IMG/VR virus record: IMGVR_UViG_3300050821_009413
Span: 17,490-81,489 of that record
Length of the DNA stretch: 64,000 bases
Source of the DNA: a virus
Taxonomy: Duplodnaviria; Heunggongvirae; Uroviricota; Caudoviricetes
Direction: 5' to 3' (one strand)
Shown here: in pieces, positions 1 through 10,100 of the stretch
Position numbering within the stretch: the first letter of the stretch is position 1
Layout: the number at the start of each line of letters is the position of its first letter
Notes under the pieces: generated by a model
Seen by the model: the letters and a program-made list of their open reading frames with translations, nothing else
Database searches by the model: none
What the model was told of the DNA's origin: nothing
Made by a program: the position numbers and the translations under genes

Positions 1-2
1 CC

Positions 3-767
3 GGTATAGGGCAGACGTTCCTGCTTGAGCAGTTGGTGAACGTAGCGCCCAACCCGCCGCAGGTGATTTGGTGGGACGGCCAGTGGAACGGAATGCAGAA
101 CACAGATTTGGCGTGGAGCCGCGACAACACCAAAACAACAATGGTCGGGTCGAAATCGCCTGTACTCATAAATGAAGCCCAAACATTTGGGATTAAGTAC
201 GCGTTGGCTGAATTATCGGACCTTATTTATTATGCGGCCCCGGGCGGTTTAGCCGCATACCAAGGTTCGGTTCAAACACCCGGAACCCCAGGCTTAGACT
301 CGCTCTATCAGAACCAATTGGATGATGTACTTTTCGCTTGGGAAAGATTCACCGACCCTATTCGCGCACTGTATGCTGGCGATGTAGCGTGGCAGGAACA
401 TTATCAGAAAGGATCATCTGGCACCGCCTACACGTTAGCGTCCATTCTGGATATGCGTTTAGGTGATTGGAACACTCGAACGTTCGCGATATTCCAAGCT
501 AAAACATACGACGCACATCCGTGGATAGCTAATTACGATTACTTCCTGGGTGACCGGGTCGGTTTCGAACAAAACGGAATCATTTATGTGGACAACATTT
601 ACAGCATTAAACGGACGTGGAGTTGGTCTGAGCCGCTGGTGGTGAGCGCCACCGTCGGCGAACACCGCGACATGGGTGACCCGTTCGCTGCTGCATTCAA
701 AACCATTGGAACGCTGTACAACCTGGTCAGCAGTGTTGTCGGCGAAGGAACGATTTTCACCGGATAA
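3..767 (+). CDS. Minor tail protein, 5'-truncated at window edge
   Basis: Frame open from base 3; resembles actinophage minor tail C-terminus (YxxGxDYFLGDRVGF-like); heads a tail gene block. Confidence 0.7.
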   Translation, partial: GIGQTFLLEQLVNVAPNPPQVIWWDGQWNGMQNTDLAWSRDNTKTTMVGSKSPVLINEAQTFGIKYALAELSDLIYYAAPGGLAAYQGSVQTPGTPGLDSLYQNQLDDVLFAWERFTDPIRALYAGDVAWQEHYQKGSSGTAYTLASILDMRLGDWNTRTFAIFQAKTYDAHPWIANYDYFLGDRVGFEQNGIIYVDNIYSIKRTWSWSEPLVVSATVGEHRDMGDPFAAAFKTIGTLYNLVSSVVGEGTIFTG

Positions 768-794
768 GGATAAACATGACAAGTTGGAGAAGGG

Positions 795-1409
795 GTGCTG
801 AAGTTGCCTGAATCACGGAAACGGAAGATAGTTCACGGCACCCAACGCAAGCCCGAGTTCGCCGGTAATCGTAAACGTATGCCGATGGGGGAGGCACCGA
901 AATTGGAGTTCGGTCAGTTCGGTGAGTTGACCCCTAAAACTATTCGGCAAGCCCACCTTTCCAAAGAGGAAGAGGACCGGGCGTGGGAGATGCTGCACGT
1001 CCAGAACGCTTATCTGCAGATCGTTGACTGCTTGTCCTATCCCGTTGACCCGGAAGGCCATATTCATGACCTGTCTGCGATAGGGCCGACGAAGCTGGCG
1101 ATCGCGTGGACGTTGGCGTTGAACGGGTTCCGCCCGACCGGGCCGAAGTACATCAAGAAACGCCCGTTCAGCGCGCCGGGGTGCTACAAGGATGCGCACA
1201 CGTGGGTGGATGTTCGGCAGCCCGATGATGCGGCCCAGGAGTTGCGGCCTGAGCACCGTTCTGGTGACTACAAACTGCCTCCCGATACCAGACGGTTGGC
1301 TGCTCAACGTGACGGTGAGCAGCCGGACCCGCCGCCTGCGTGGAGTGTGCGCCCAGAAGTGTCCGTCGACTTTGTGCCTCGCGCGCCTACCGAGGAAGCC
1401 GCGACGTGA
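795..1409 (+). CDS. DUF2744-like phage protein
   Basis: PVDPEGH..L..LALNGFR segment recalls mycobacteriophage DUF2744 genes that follow minor tail genes; start uncertain. Confidence 0.6.
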   Translation: MLKLPESRKRKIVHGTQRKPEFAGNRKRMPMGEAPKLEFGQFGELTPKTIRQAHLSKEEEDRAWEMLHVQNAYLQIVDCLSYPVDPEGHIHDLSAIGPTKLAIAWTLALNGFRPTGPKYIKKRPFSAPGCYKDAHTWVDVRQPDDAAQELRPEHRSGDYKLPPDTRRLAAQRDGEQPDPPPAWSVRPEVSVDFVPRAPTEEAAT

Positions 1410-1452
1410 CTGGAAACATTAGCCGAATGTGTTATCGCAGTGAGATGCGGGA

Positions 1453-2931
1453 ATGACCCTTTTTAGCGGTCTTCCAGCGCTGCAGTCAACGCCGTCGAAC
1501 GTTCCGTCGATCGGCGAGATTGTGTACCTCGCATCCTATGTGTTCAAAGTTGGTGTGACGGCAGCTCAAACTATGCCTGATACGCCGCCTATGTATTCGG
1601 CGAATATCGGGATTCTTGGTGATGCTGGGGCGATGAATCTGGATCCTTTGGTGGGTCCTGCCGGTCCTGCGGGTGTCGCTAATTTCACGTTGCGGGACCA
1701 GTCGGACACGTTGCCGATCGTTAACACTGTTTCCGATTTGCCTAACGATCTGACCAATACTGCCGAAGATATCGGTAAGTACTGGTTGTTGGACACTTTG
1801 GATGACACCGGTCACGTCATCATGGTGACGGCCTACGTGTGGTATGGCACCAATTTCCGGGAGTACATGTCGGGGTCTTTCGGGCCGCCCGGGCCGATAC
1901 CCGCGGTGGAACTCACCGTTCAGGACATTCCTGATAATGAGAAGTCTTACGTTCTGACCAGCGGTCCTTCGACCGCGCCTAGCTGGGACTTTTTCGTCGC
2001 CGCCCCGCAGGGGCCTACCGGTATTTCTGGTCCGTTCGCGCAGTTCCCTGATTTCGATGAGTTTGAGGCCGCGCCGCAGCCGTTCGACATTCTCGCGTTC
2101 ACCGGTGGGTACACGTCGTCTGGGGATCCGATCTGGCAGCCTGTGCGCGTCGACCAGTCGATCGTCGGCCCGTACTCGATGCCGGAGGCGGCGTTCTCCC
2201 CTGCCGCCGGGGTTGGCAGGCAGATACCGATCGGGGTGTTCGCGGTCCCTCAGCAGCCTTTCCCGTGGACTCCTGTGGTGTGGGGGCATATCGGCGGCTC
2301 CGGTGTCTCGCTGAGCACCGACCCGTTCATGGTGGGCTGCGAAGTTCTCCTCGGAAACCAATTATCCGGTCAGCAGGTTTCCCGCGGAATCGGGAACACG
2401 ACCGGCGTGGTGAATGTGATGCCGCATTATTCGACGCCGACGAACAAGTCCGGTTCGATTACGCCCACCAACAAAACGGCTGTTGTGCCGGCTTTTCACA
2501 CCGGAACGCAAGGCACAATTTATATCAATCTTTACAATGACGGCGCTGAGCAGGTGGTTTTCTTCGAGCCCGGTAATGCGCAGTTGTTCATTATGGTTGT
2601 TCCGATCGGGGAGTCGTTTGCTTCCATTACTGGTATTCCGACGAGTCCTTACATTTCTGGTTCCGGGGTGCTGGCCGCCGCTGTTCACACCAACGGGTAC
2701 AGGCTGCCGGGTGGGGCGTTGGGGCATGGCCAGTTGTCGGCGGGGGCGGTGGCGAAGCAATTCAGGATTCCCCTCACCTTCCCCGGCCATGGAGGGTTGT
2801 TTGGTTTAGCGCAGCCGAACGCTGTCGCGCCGAACATCCCCGGTACCGGCACTTTGTCGGCGGTTGCGCACGCCACCAAATTCACATTGACCGGGCACTT
2901 GGCCGGCCACGGAACTTTGAAGCATACGTGA
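1453..2931 (+). CDS. Minor tail protein (collagen-like GPxGP segments)
   Basis: GPAGPAG and GPPGP motifs; paralog of 2940..4382 (YSMPEAAF, QPFPWTPxVWGHIG shared). Confidence 0.75.
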   Translation: MTLFSGLPALQSTPSNVPSIGEIVYLASYVFKVGVTAAQTMPDTPPMYSANIGILGDAGAMNLDPLVGPAGPAGVANFTLRDQSDTLPIVNTVSDLPNDLTNTAEDIGKYWLLDTLDDTGHVIMVTAYVWYGTNFREYMSGSFGPPGPIPAVELTVQDIPDNEKSYVLTSGPSTAPSWDFFVAAPQGPTGISGPFAQFPDFDEFEAAPQPFDILAFTGGYTSSGDPIWQPVRVDQSIVGPYSMPEAAFSPAAGVGRQIPIGVFAVPQQPFPWTPVVWGHIGGSGVSLSTDPFMVGCEVLLGNQLSGQQVSRGIGNTTGVVNVMPHYSTPTNKSGSITPTNKTAVVPAFHTGTQGTIYINLYNDGAEQVVFFEPGNAQLFIMVVPIGESFASITGIPTSPYISGSGVLAAAVHTNGYRLPGGALGHGQLSAGAVAKQFRIPLTFPGHGGLFGLAQPNAVAPNIPGTGTLSAVAHATKFTLTGHLAGHGTLKHT

Positions 2932-2939
2932 GGTGACTT

Positions 2940-4382
2940 ATGACCAGCCCAGCTGTCGGTGACACAGTTCTTCTGCAGAGCTACCTCATCAATACCCGCG
3001 TGTATGGGGTGGTGGTTCCGGGTAGTTCGACGCAGGAATTCACGGCCACCTACGAGATCCAGGGCGACCAGGGCACGTTGACGATGGCCGCCGTGGTTGG
3101 CCCGCAGGGGCCTGCCGGGGCGAGCATGTTTTTGCTTAGCCTGCAAAACGACGGTGTCGAAGACCCCGCTGACCTTCCGCAGAACCTGACCAATTCGACA
3201 GCTGATATCGGTAAGACGTGGCTGTTCGATGATATCGACGCTAACGACGACATCATCGGGACGAGCGCCTATGTGTGGTACGGCACCACCTATCGGCGGT
3301 TGATGTTCGGTTCGCCTGGTCCACCGGGTCCGGTGCCGATCATCACCCCGGGTGTCGATCTGATCCAAGGTCCCGGTAATTCTTTTGTCGCCACGGGCGG
3401 CACCGACTACGAGCCGACGATGACGTTCACGTTGGCTGTTCCGCCCGGACCCCAGGGGACGGCGGGGGCGTTGGCGTTGTGCCCCGATGTGGATTTCACC
3501 AGCAACCCGCCGGAGCCGGGTGATGTGCTGGGATTCACCGGCAGCTACCTCGATCAGGATTTGCCGCAGCCCACCAACCTGGCTGTTGTTTTGGCGGGCA
3601 GCGGAAGCTTGACCGGCACATTTTATTGGGTGGCGACCGCCACCAACGCTGCGGGCGAAACGACCGCCTCCAATGAGGTTTTCCTCACGCTGACCAGCGA
3701 GTCAGCAACATTGACGTGGACGCGCGTAAATGGTGCCACCGGGTACAACATTTACCGGGGCACCGGTACCGGGGCTGAGAACAAACTGATCACCCACATC
3801 GGGTCGGGTGCCACCGTCACCTACACCGACACCGGTGCGGCGGGGTCCACGCAGTCGCCGCCTGGCAGCAACACCGCCGCGGTGCAGTACCCGATCTGGG
3901 TGCCGGTGGCGCTGAACCAGCTGCTGCCCAGCCCGTACTCGATGCCGGAGGCGGCGTTCTCCGCGTTCACCGGGATCAGCCAGCAGGCACCGATCGGGTC
4001 GTTCACCATCCCGCCGCAGCCTTTCCCGTGGACCCCGATCGTGTGGGGCCATATCGGCGCGTTCGGTTTGGAGTTGTCGGTCAATCCGCTGCTCATCGGC
4101 TGCGAAGTTCTGTTGGGCAATCCGACCGGCGGAACGATGATCGCCCGAGGGTTCGGAAACAGTCTGGGCGAGGTGAACATTATGCCTCACTACAGCACCC
4201 CGTATTCGCCGGCTGTTGCTTTATCGCCAAATAACGGTTTGGCTGTCGTTCCCGCTAACAACACCAACCCGGCTGAATCAACCATTTACGTCAACCTCTA
4301 TAACGACGGCGAGTTGGGGTTGTACGTCTATAACCCGACGGATTCCCAGATCTTCATCATGGTGATGCCGGTGAGCGGATGA
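2940..4382 (+). CDS. Minor tail protein with inserted FN3-like segment
   Basis: Paralog of previous gene; YWVATATNAAGET..ATGYNIYRG..YTDTG insert. Confidence 0.75.
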   Translation: MTSPAVGDTVLLQSYLINTRVYGVVVPGSSTQEFTATYEIQGDQGTLTMAAVVGPQGPAGASMFLLSLQNDGVEDPADLPQNLTNSTADIGKTWLFDDIDANDDIIGTSAYVWYGTTYRRLMFGSPGPPGPVPIITPGVDLIQGPGNSFVATGGTDYEPTMTFTLAVPPGPQGTAGALALCPDVDFTSNPPEPGDVLGFTGSYLDQDLPQPTNLAVVLAGSGSLTGTFYWVATATNAAGETTASNEVFLTLTSESATLTWTRVNGATGYNIYRGTGTGAENKLITHIGSGATVTYTDTGAAGSTQSPPGSNTAAVQYPIWVPVALNQLLPSPYSMPEAAFSAFTGISQQAPIGSFTIPPQPFPWTPIVWGHIGAFGLELSVNPLLIGCEVLLGNPTGGTMIARGFGNSLGEVNIMPHYSTPYSPAVALSPNNGLAVVPANNTNPAESTIYVNLYNDGELGLYVYNPTDSQIFIMVMPVSG

Positions 4383-7300
4383 CGAACCCTTTCGGCGCTA
4401 TCGATTTGTTCGCCGGCCAGAACGCTATTTCTGGTACGGATCTTTTTGGTCTCGACAAGAACCCGCTCAACGTTTTGTCGCTGGGGCAGGGGCTGTTGGA
4501 CGATGCGGTAACCGCGATTGAGAATGCGATAGACGAGGCCATCCAGAACGTCCCCAAGTTCTTTGAGGCGTTCTTCTATTTCCTCGGTGAATTGACCGAA
4601 GACATGGTCAATGACATTTTGACGTTTTTTGGGTTGCCGAACCTTCCGCCCGGTGCCAGCGTCGAAGTTATCGGGCAGATATTTGCGCTGCCGATGGAGA
4701 TCCTCAACGATCTGCTCACATTCCTGGGGCTCGGCACCGTCAACACGGTTGAAGCTGGGCTGATCTTGGGTGAGGTGATCCAGCGGCCCGCGTTGTTCCT
4801 GGAGTTCCTTCTCGAAGGGCTTGGCCTGCCGGCGGATTTGACCAGCGCTGATGGTTTGGTGGCGTTTCTGGAAAACCTGGGCGGAGACGTCATCTCCGGT
4901 ATCGGAAACTTCCTCGACGCGCTGCTTTCTGGCCTGGGGTTGGAGGGTATCACCGGGCCGGTGGGCGCAGAGCTGGCCGCCCTGATCAACAGCCTGGCCC
5001 CGCTGTCCACGGTCAACGCTTTGTTCGATGAGGCGATCGCCACCATCGACAACGCTGTCGGGCAGACCCTTAACTTCCTGGTCAGCTTCGTGGACTCCCT
5101 CGTCGGCGCGGTTGTCGGCACGGTGGAAAACGTTTTCCCGCTGATCACCCCGCTTGTTATCGGCGCAGAAACAACCATCGGCGATCTGACTGGTTTCTTG
5201 ACGAGTCTCGCCAGTGTCCACGATCTGCAGTCCCTGCAAGACCTGATCTACAACACGTTGACGGGTATCCAAGGCGGCATCGGGTGGGTGAGCGGTGTCA
5301 CTACCGGAACGTTGACCCTTGCTTTGCAGGAGTTGTACGCCGGGCTCACAACAACAGCCCACCAGGCCAACAACGCTTTGATCAGTGTCGGTGACCTCGT
5401 CGTTAGCGTCAACCAGCAGATCGAAAACGCGTTCGCGCTTATCCCCAGCGGAAACCTTGTGGGAGTTATTGAGCAGGATTTGATTCCCGACATCACCCTG
5501 GAAATGTCGACCGCGTTGCAAACCCTAATCAACGACCTGACCAACAACTTCGCCGGTCTGCAAAACCCTGGCGTCAACGCCACATTCACCGACCTGGCGG
5601 ACGCTTTGGCTGGGGTGAATTTCAATGTGCAAACCGCGGTGACAGACGCGGGCACCGCGGTCAGTAACCTGCTGTCCCTGTTCGAATCGGTCGGTCAGGC
5701 CACCATCGGGGAATTCACGACATGGCTGACCGGTGTAACTCAACACCTGGACGCTGTCACCGGAGAATTCGACGCCACTTTCCTGGCCAACGTTGACGAG
5801 TTGACGGGGTTCGCGATCTCCGCGATCACCGGCCTGGCCGGCTACCTGACGAACCTGACTGTCACCGGCCAATTCGACGCCGCTTTCCTCACTGATATCG
5901 AGAACATTCCCGCCCTGGCTATCGCCAGCATCACCGGACTCGAAGGCTACTTGAGCAACCTGGATGCGTCGGGTGTCTACGTCGCCAATCTGGCCATCTC
6001 CGCGGTCACAGGCTTGGCGGGATATTTGAGCAACATCGCGTCCAACGGTGTGATAAATGTGGCCGGCTTGGCGGGTGCCCTGACCTCGGCGGTGACCGTG
6101 GGCGCTGCCAGTGACATCGCGGCGCTCATCGGCACCGTGGTCGGGACAGTCGAAAACGATCTCCCCCTCGCGCTTCCTTACACCATCGGCACCACCACAA
6201 CGCTGCCTGATTTGGCGGCGTTCCTTAGTTCTTTGGCGACGCAAACCTCGTTGCAGGGTCTGCAAGATCTGATCTTTAACACGCTGTCTGGGCTGCCGCA
6301 GCTGAGTTGGGTGACCGGAACGACTTCGCAGCAACTGGCCCAGGCGATGGCCGAATTTTCGGCGACCGCCAGTTCCGCCCAGTCCATGGCGGCCCAGGCG
6401 TTGGCCAACGTGGAAGCTGTGCTGGCTGGGCTTGGGGAAATCACCATCCCCAACGAAAGCCTGTCAGGGCTTTTGGGTGAGACGGTCGCCAACACTGAGG
6501 GGCTGGCCGGTCAGGTGCAGAAAGCGCTCAACTCCCTCATCAACGGGTTCAACGGGTCGGCGATCCTCGGCGGCACGGTAGCTCAGCTTCAGCAAGCAGC
6601 TAACGGTATCGCGTCCCTTCTCGGATGGAACCCGACCGGTCCGCCGCCGGCGCAGTCGATCAGCGCTATCACCCAGACTCACACGGATTTCATTGCGAAC
6701 TTGGCGGCGGCGAAACCCAACTATGCGGCGCTGCTTAAAGGTGCCGACGTGACGTTCCCCGCAACAGCGCTTCTCAGCACTGTTTCCGCGCCGACGGTGG
6801 GGGTGACTCAAACGGCGAGCCTGATCGGATACATCACCACAAATACGGGTGGGACAAAAAAATCCGTCGGCTGGCTCGGCGGCGCGACAACAAACATTTC
6901 GTCTATTGTCGTCAACATTTATCAGGTCAACATCGACACCGGAGATATGAGTCTCATTTCCACTTCGGGGAACCTTCTCGCTTCCGCGAACCCGCCTGGT
7001 AATAACGTTGTCCCGGAATGGACGTATTGGAACTTCTCCGACACTGGAAACCCTGACATTGTCACCGCGCAAGGCAACGTTTACGGGGTTGAGATTCAAA
7101 CGTTGGGGACAGGCACGTACGAAGTTGTGGGTTTGTCGTCGGCGACGTGGATAAATCCGCATCCGACGGCCATACCGGCAGGATGGGCGGCGTCGCGGAC
7201 CACGCTGGCACCGCCCACGTTCGATGCTGCGGCTCTTACCGCAACCACTTCTGATGACTCACCCGACCCGTTGACGTGGACTCATGTCGTGGGCGCTAAC

Positions 7301-8542
7301 GCGACCGCGATTGTGGTGGGTATTTTGTTGTTCACGGATTCGGGAAGTGGACCTACCGCCGTTTCCTGCGGCGGCCATTCGCTGGGGCTGATACCTTCCG
7401 GATTCCAGTTCTACAATCCTGGCGGGGAGTCTTGGAATCTTTACTTTTATGGACTCATCGATCCCCCTACCGGATCGCAAACCATGTCCGTCACCTATAC
7501 CGGCGGCAATAACGTTGTCACCGTAATGTCGGCTTCTTATGCTGGTGTCTCAAATTTTGGTACGCAGGTTACGGCCAGCGGTGAGGGAACCCACGCGTTC
7601 CAAACCATCGCATCGTCTGTGGGGCAGACGTTGGTTAACATGATCGGCGACACGGCAACGTCAACTGCGCTCATTGAATACAGCCAGAATGTGCGGGAGA
7701 ACCTCACCGGGAATGCTGGCGGGTTTGACACTTATACTTCCGCGTTGGGGGATGCGGCTGGGTCGTCTTCACCGATCACATTCTCAGCCAATGTGCAGGG
7801 CACGGGAACAATCCAATGGGGATCTATAACGGTTCCCCTTAACGGTGTGGTCCCACCGGCTCCGGCGTTGCTTCCCGCGCCGGCCCCGGTCACTATGGTG
7901 CCCTATTTGGAGCTGGCGGGAAGTGCCGGGCAAACGCAGTACGCCCCGGATCTTTACACATTCGATTCGCCGGGGACCACCTACTTCACCCCGCCGTCCT
8001 GGGCGAACTTCATCGACGTGATCGTCTGCAGCGACGGCGGTGCCGGGGAGACAGGCGGCCCGCTTGAGGGTGGTGCCGGTGGGGCACCGGGTTCATTCTT
8101 TGGGTTCACGATAACACCGGCCCAATTCGTGGACGGTGTATGGACGATATTCGTCGGCGGCGGAGGTGCCCCCAACTTTTCGACACCAGCCGGCGGGGGC
8201 GGGAACGGTCAGGGATGCAGCGTCGCCATCCCGGGATACGCACCTCCCGGTGGCTCCGTCCCGGGCAGTCCACTTCTGATCGCGGGCGGTCTGGGTGGCC
8301 CTCAGGGCGGAATCAGTGGCAGCCAGCTCGGCGGCCCCGGAGGAACCCCCAGCAACTTTTTGTTCAACGGCCAGGAATATGTGGGCGGCGGGGTCGCCGG
8401 CTCATCCCAGCAGCCCGGGCTGATACCAGGGGGCGGCGGTGCCGGTGGGGCCGGCGAGTTTGTGGGCCGATTCATTTACGGCGGCCCGGGAGCGCCGGGG
8501 ACTATATGGATTTTGTGTTACCAGTATGAAGGGCAGAATTAA
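4379..8542 (+). CDS. Large minor tail protein with Gly-rich C-terminal domain
   Basis: 1387 aa; internal AISAITGLAGYLxN repeats; C-terminal GGxGG-rich domain typical of actinophage tail proteins. Confidence 0.75.
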   Translation: MTNPFGAIDLFAGQNAISGTDLFGLDKNPLNVLSLGQGLLDDAVTAIENAIDEAIQNVPKFFEAFFYFLGELTEDMVNDILTFFGLPNLPPGASVEVIGQIFALPMEILNDLLTFLGLGTVNTVEAGLILGEVIQRPALFLEFLLEGLGLPADLTSADGLVAFLENLGGDVISGIGNFLDALLSGLGLEGITGPVGAELAALINSLAPLSTVNALFDEAIATIDNAVGQTLNFLVSFVDSLVGAVVGTVENVFPLITPLVIGAETTIGDLTGFLTSLASVHDLQSLQDLIYNTLTGIQGGIGWVSGVTTGTLTLALQELYAGLTTTAHQANNALISVGDLVVSVNQQIENAFALIPSGNLVGVIEQDLIPDITLEMSTALQTLINDLTNNFAGLQNPGVNATFTDLADALAGVNFNVQTAVTDAGTAVSNLLSLFESVGQATIGEFTTWLTGVTQHLDAVTGEFDATFLANVDELTGFAISAITGLAGYLTNLTVTGQFDAAFLTDIENIPALAIASITGLEGYLSNLDASGVYVANLAISAVTGLAGYLSNIASNGVINVAGLAGALTSAVTVGAASDIAALIGTVVGTVENDLPLALPYTIGTTTTLPDLAAFLSSLATQTSLQGLQDLIFNTLSGLPQLSWVTGTTSQQLAQAMAEFSATASSAQSMAAQALANVEAVLAGLGEITIPNESLSGLLGETVANTEGLAGQVQKALNSLINGFNGSAILGGTVAQLQQAANGIASLLGWNPTGPPPAQSISAITQTHTDFIANLAAAKPNYAALLKGADVTFPATALLSTVSAPTVGVTQTASLIGYITTNTGGTKKSVGWLGGATTNISSIVVNIYQVNIDTGDMSLISTSGNLLASANPPGNNVVPEWTYWNFSDTGNPDIVTAQGNVYGVEIQTLGTGTYEVVGLSSATWINPHPTAIPAGWAASRTTLAPPTFDAAALTATTSDDSPDPLTWTHVVGANATAIVVGILLFTDSGSGPTAVSCGGHSLGLIPSGFQFYNPGGESWNLYFYGLIDPPTGSQTMSVTYTGGNNVVTVMSASYAGVSNFGTQVTASGEGTHAFQTIASSVGQTLVNMIGDTATSTALIEYSQNVRENLTGNAGGFDTYTSALGDAAGSSSPITFSANVQGTGTIQWGSITVPLNGVVPPAPALLPAPAPVTMVPYLELAGSAGQTQYAPDLYTFDSPGTTYFTPPSWANFIDVIVCSDGGAGETGGPLEGGAGGAPGSFFGFTITPAQFVDGVWTIFVGGGGAPNFSTPAGGGGNGQGCSVAIPGYAPPGGSVPGSPLLIAGGLGGPQGGISGSQLGGPGGTPSNFLFNGQEYVGGGVAGSSQQPGLIPGGGGAGGAGEFVGRFIYGGPGAPGTIWILCYQYEGQN

Positions 8543-9424
8543 ATGACATATCCGTTGCCAACTAACTTCACCAGCGGAAGCACGGTCACCGCGACCAACT
8601 TGAACAACATTTCCTCGCTGGTTAACACATTGTGGGTGCTGGTCGCGGGTGTTCCGGCGTTGCCGACGGCGCACGCGGCCACCACTGGTTCTGAAACATT
8701 CACTATCACATCAGGCGCGGTGGCGACGATAAACGGAACCTCCATCGACGGTGTTTCAGTGGCAACCAATGACTACGTCTTGGTCAAAGACGCTCCGGCC
8801 ACCACCGGTACAGGAAGTGTGTTATCGACGCAGCCGGCTAACGGTCTGTACCAGGTCACTGGGGTGGCCACGAACATCAGTTTGACGCGGGCCACTCAAA
8901 TGTCGGCCAGCGGCGGCGCGGTCACCCCGGCTGGAATGTTTGTGGTAGTGATGGCCGGCACCGTGAACGGTGGCCTGGGCTGGAATGTTTCGTCGCCTAA
9001 CAGCGAATCTGCGTTCACTTATGGGACGACGGCTGTGGCGTGGACGCAGTTGACCGCCCCGCCAACTGTGGCGCAAACATTCCAAAATAAAAGGATAACC
9101 AAACGTATCGGGTCGGTAGGGACGGGAACCACCATTTCGATCGACACCGACAACTATGACATTTTCCAGGTCACAGCGTTGGCTAGCGGAATAACTGGTT
9201 ACACGATCACTGGGACACCTAACCATGGTGACCGGCTCGAGTTGGAGATCACCGACAACGGATCGACTCAGGCGTTGGGTGGCTGGTCGTGGATAACTCC
9301 GTGCGGGGCGGTGTCGCTCCCAGGTTTCACGACGCCAGGAAAGAAAATGACATTTAGCTTGAAATACGACTCGACATACACCACATGGGTCTGCCTGGCT
9401 GTGGATGTTAAGGGATATGCGTAA
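8543..9424 (+). CDS. Putative tail fibre/virion protein
   Basis: Thr/Gly-rich; IDGVSV..NDYVLVKD..ANGLY motif; N-terminus resembles 18244..18723. Confidence 0.6.
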   Translation: MTYPLPTNFTSGSTVTATNLNNISSLVNTLWVLVAGVPALPTAHAATTGSETFTITSGAVATINGTSIDGVSVATNDYVLVKDAPATTGTGSVLSTQPANGLYQVTGVATNISLTRATQMSASGGAVTPAGMFVVVMAGTVNGGLGWNVSSPNSESAFTYGTTAVAWTQLTAPPTVAQTFQNKRITKRIGSVGTGTTISIDTDNYDIFQVTALASGITGYTITGTPNHGDRLELEITDNGSTQALGGWSWITPCGAVSLPGFTTPGKKMTFSLKYDSTYTTWVCLAVDVKGYA

Positions 9425-9440
9425 AAGGAAAGGGAAGTAA

Positions 9441-10034
9441 ATGTCATTCACTACCGCTACAGTCACGGAGTGCCTCTATCTGAGCACTACGGTGGGGGCC
9501 ACGCTTGCGTCGTTCACCTCTGAGGCAGTGTTGAACACTGTCGGCACTATGGGTGTTCAGGCGAACCTGCCGACGAATTTCTGGTTGCCGAACCAGTCGC
9601 AGACGGGCCGCGGTTTCTATGTCCGCGCGTTCGGGATTCTGTCGAGCACTGGTACGCCGACTTACACGTTCACTGTGCGGCTCGGGGGTTCGGCCTCCGT
9701 GTCGGGGCCGGTCGTGCTGGGTTCGGCGGCGTTGCAGACGGCGTCGGGGGCGTCTAACCAGTTCTGGGAGTTGGATGGGTATGTTTCCCTGACCGCGATG
9801 GGCGGTGTTGGTGCTAACTCTACGGTGCGCGGCACCGGCAGGATCATCTCGCCTGGGCTGACTGGCACCAACGCTGGTATCAACCCGCTCTACGGAGGGT
9901 CGGCGTCGCCGGGAACGGTGACCACCGTCGACACCAGTATCACCAACTTCGTCAACGTCAACGTTGCGTGCTCAGCGAACTCGGGATCTAACAGCATCAC
10001 CTTGCAGCAGCTTGTTGTTCTGGGACTGAACTAA
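9441..10034 (+). CDS. Putative virion structural protein
   Basis: Strong RBS (aaggaaagggaag); beta-rich Thr/Ser/Gly composition; tail operon. Confidence 0.6.
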   Translation: MSFTTATVTECLYLSTTVGATLASFTSEAVLNTVGTMGVQANLPTNFWLPNQSQTGRGFYVRAFGILSSTGTPTYTFTVRLGGSASVSGPVVLGSAALQTASGASNQFWELDGYVSLTAMGGVGANSTVRGTGRIISPGLTGTNAGINPLYGGSASPGTVTTVDTSITNFVNVNVACSANSGSNSITLQQLVVLGLN

Positions 10035-10100
10035 GTAGTCCCATTGGCAACCGCGACGGTGACTCAGGCACCGCCGCCATTCGGCAGGCGGTGCTGACTC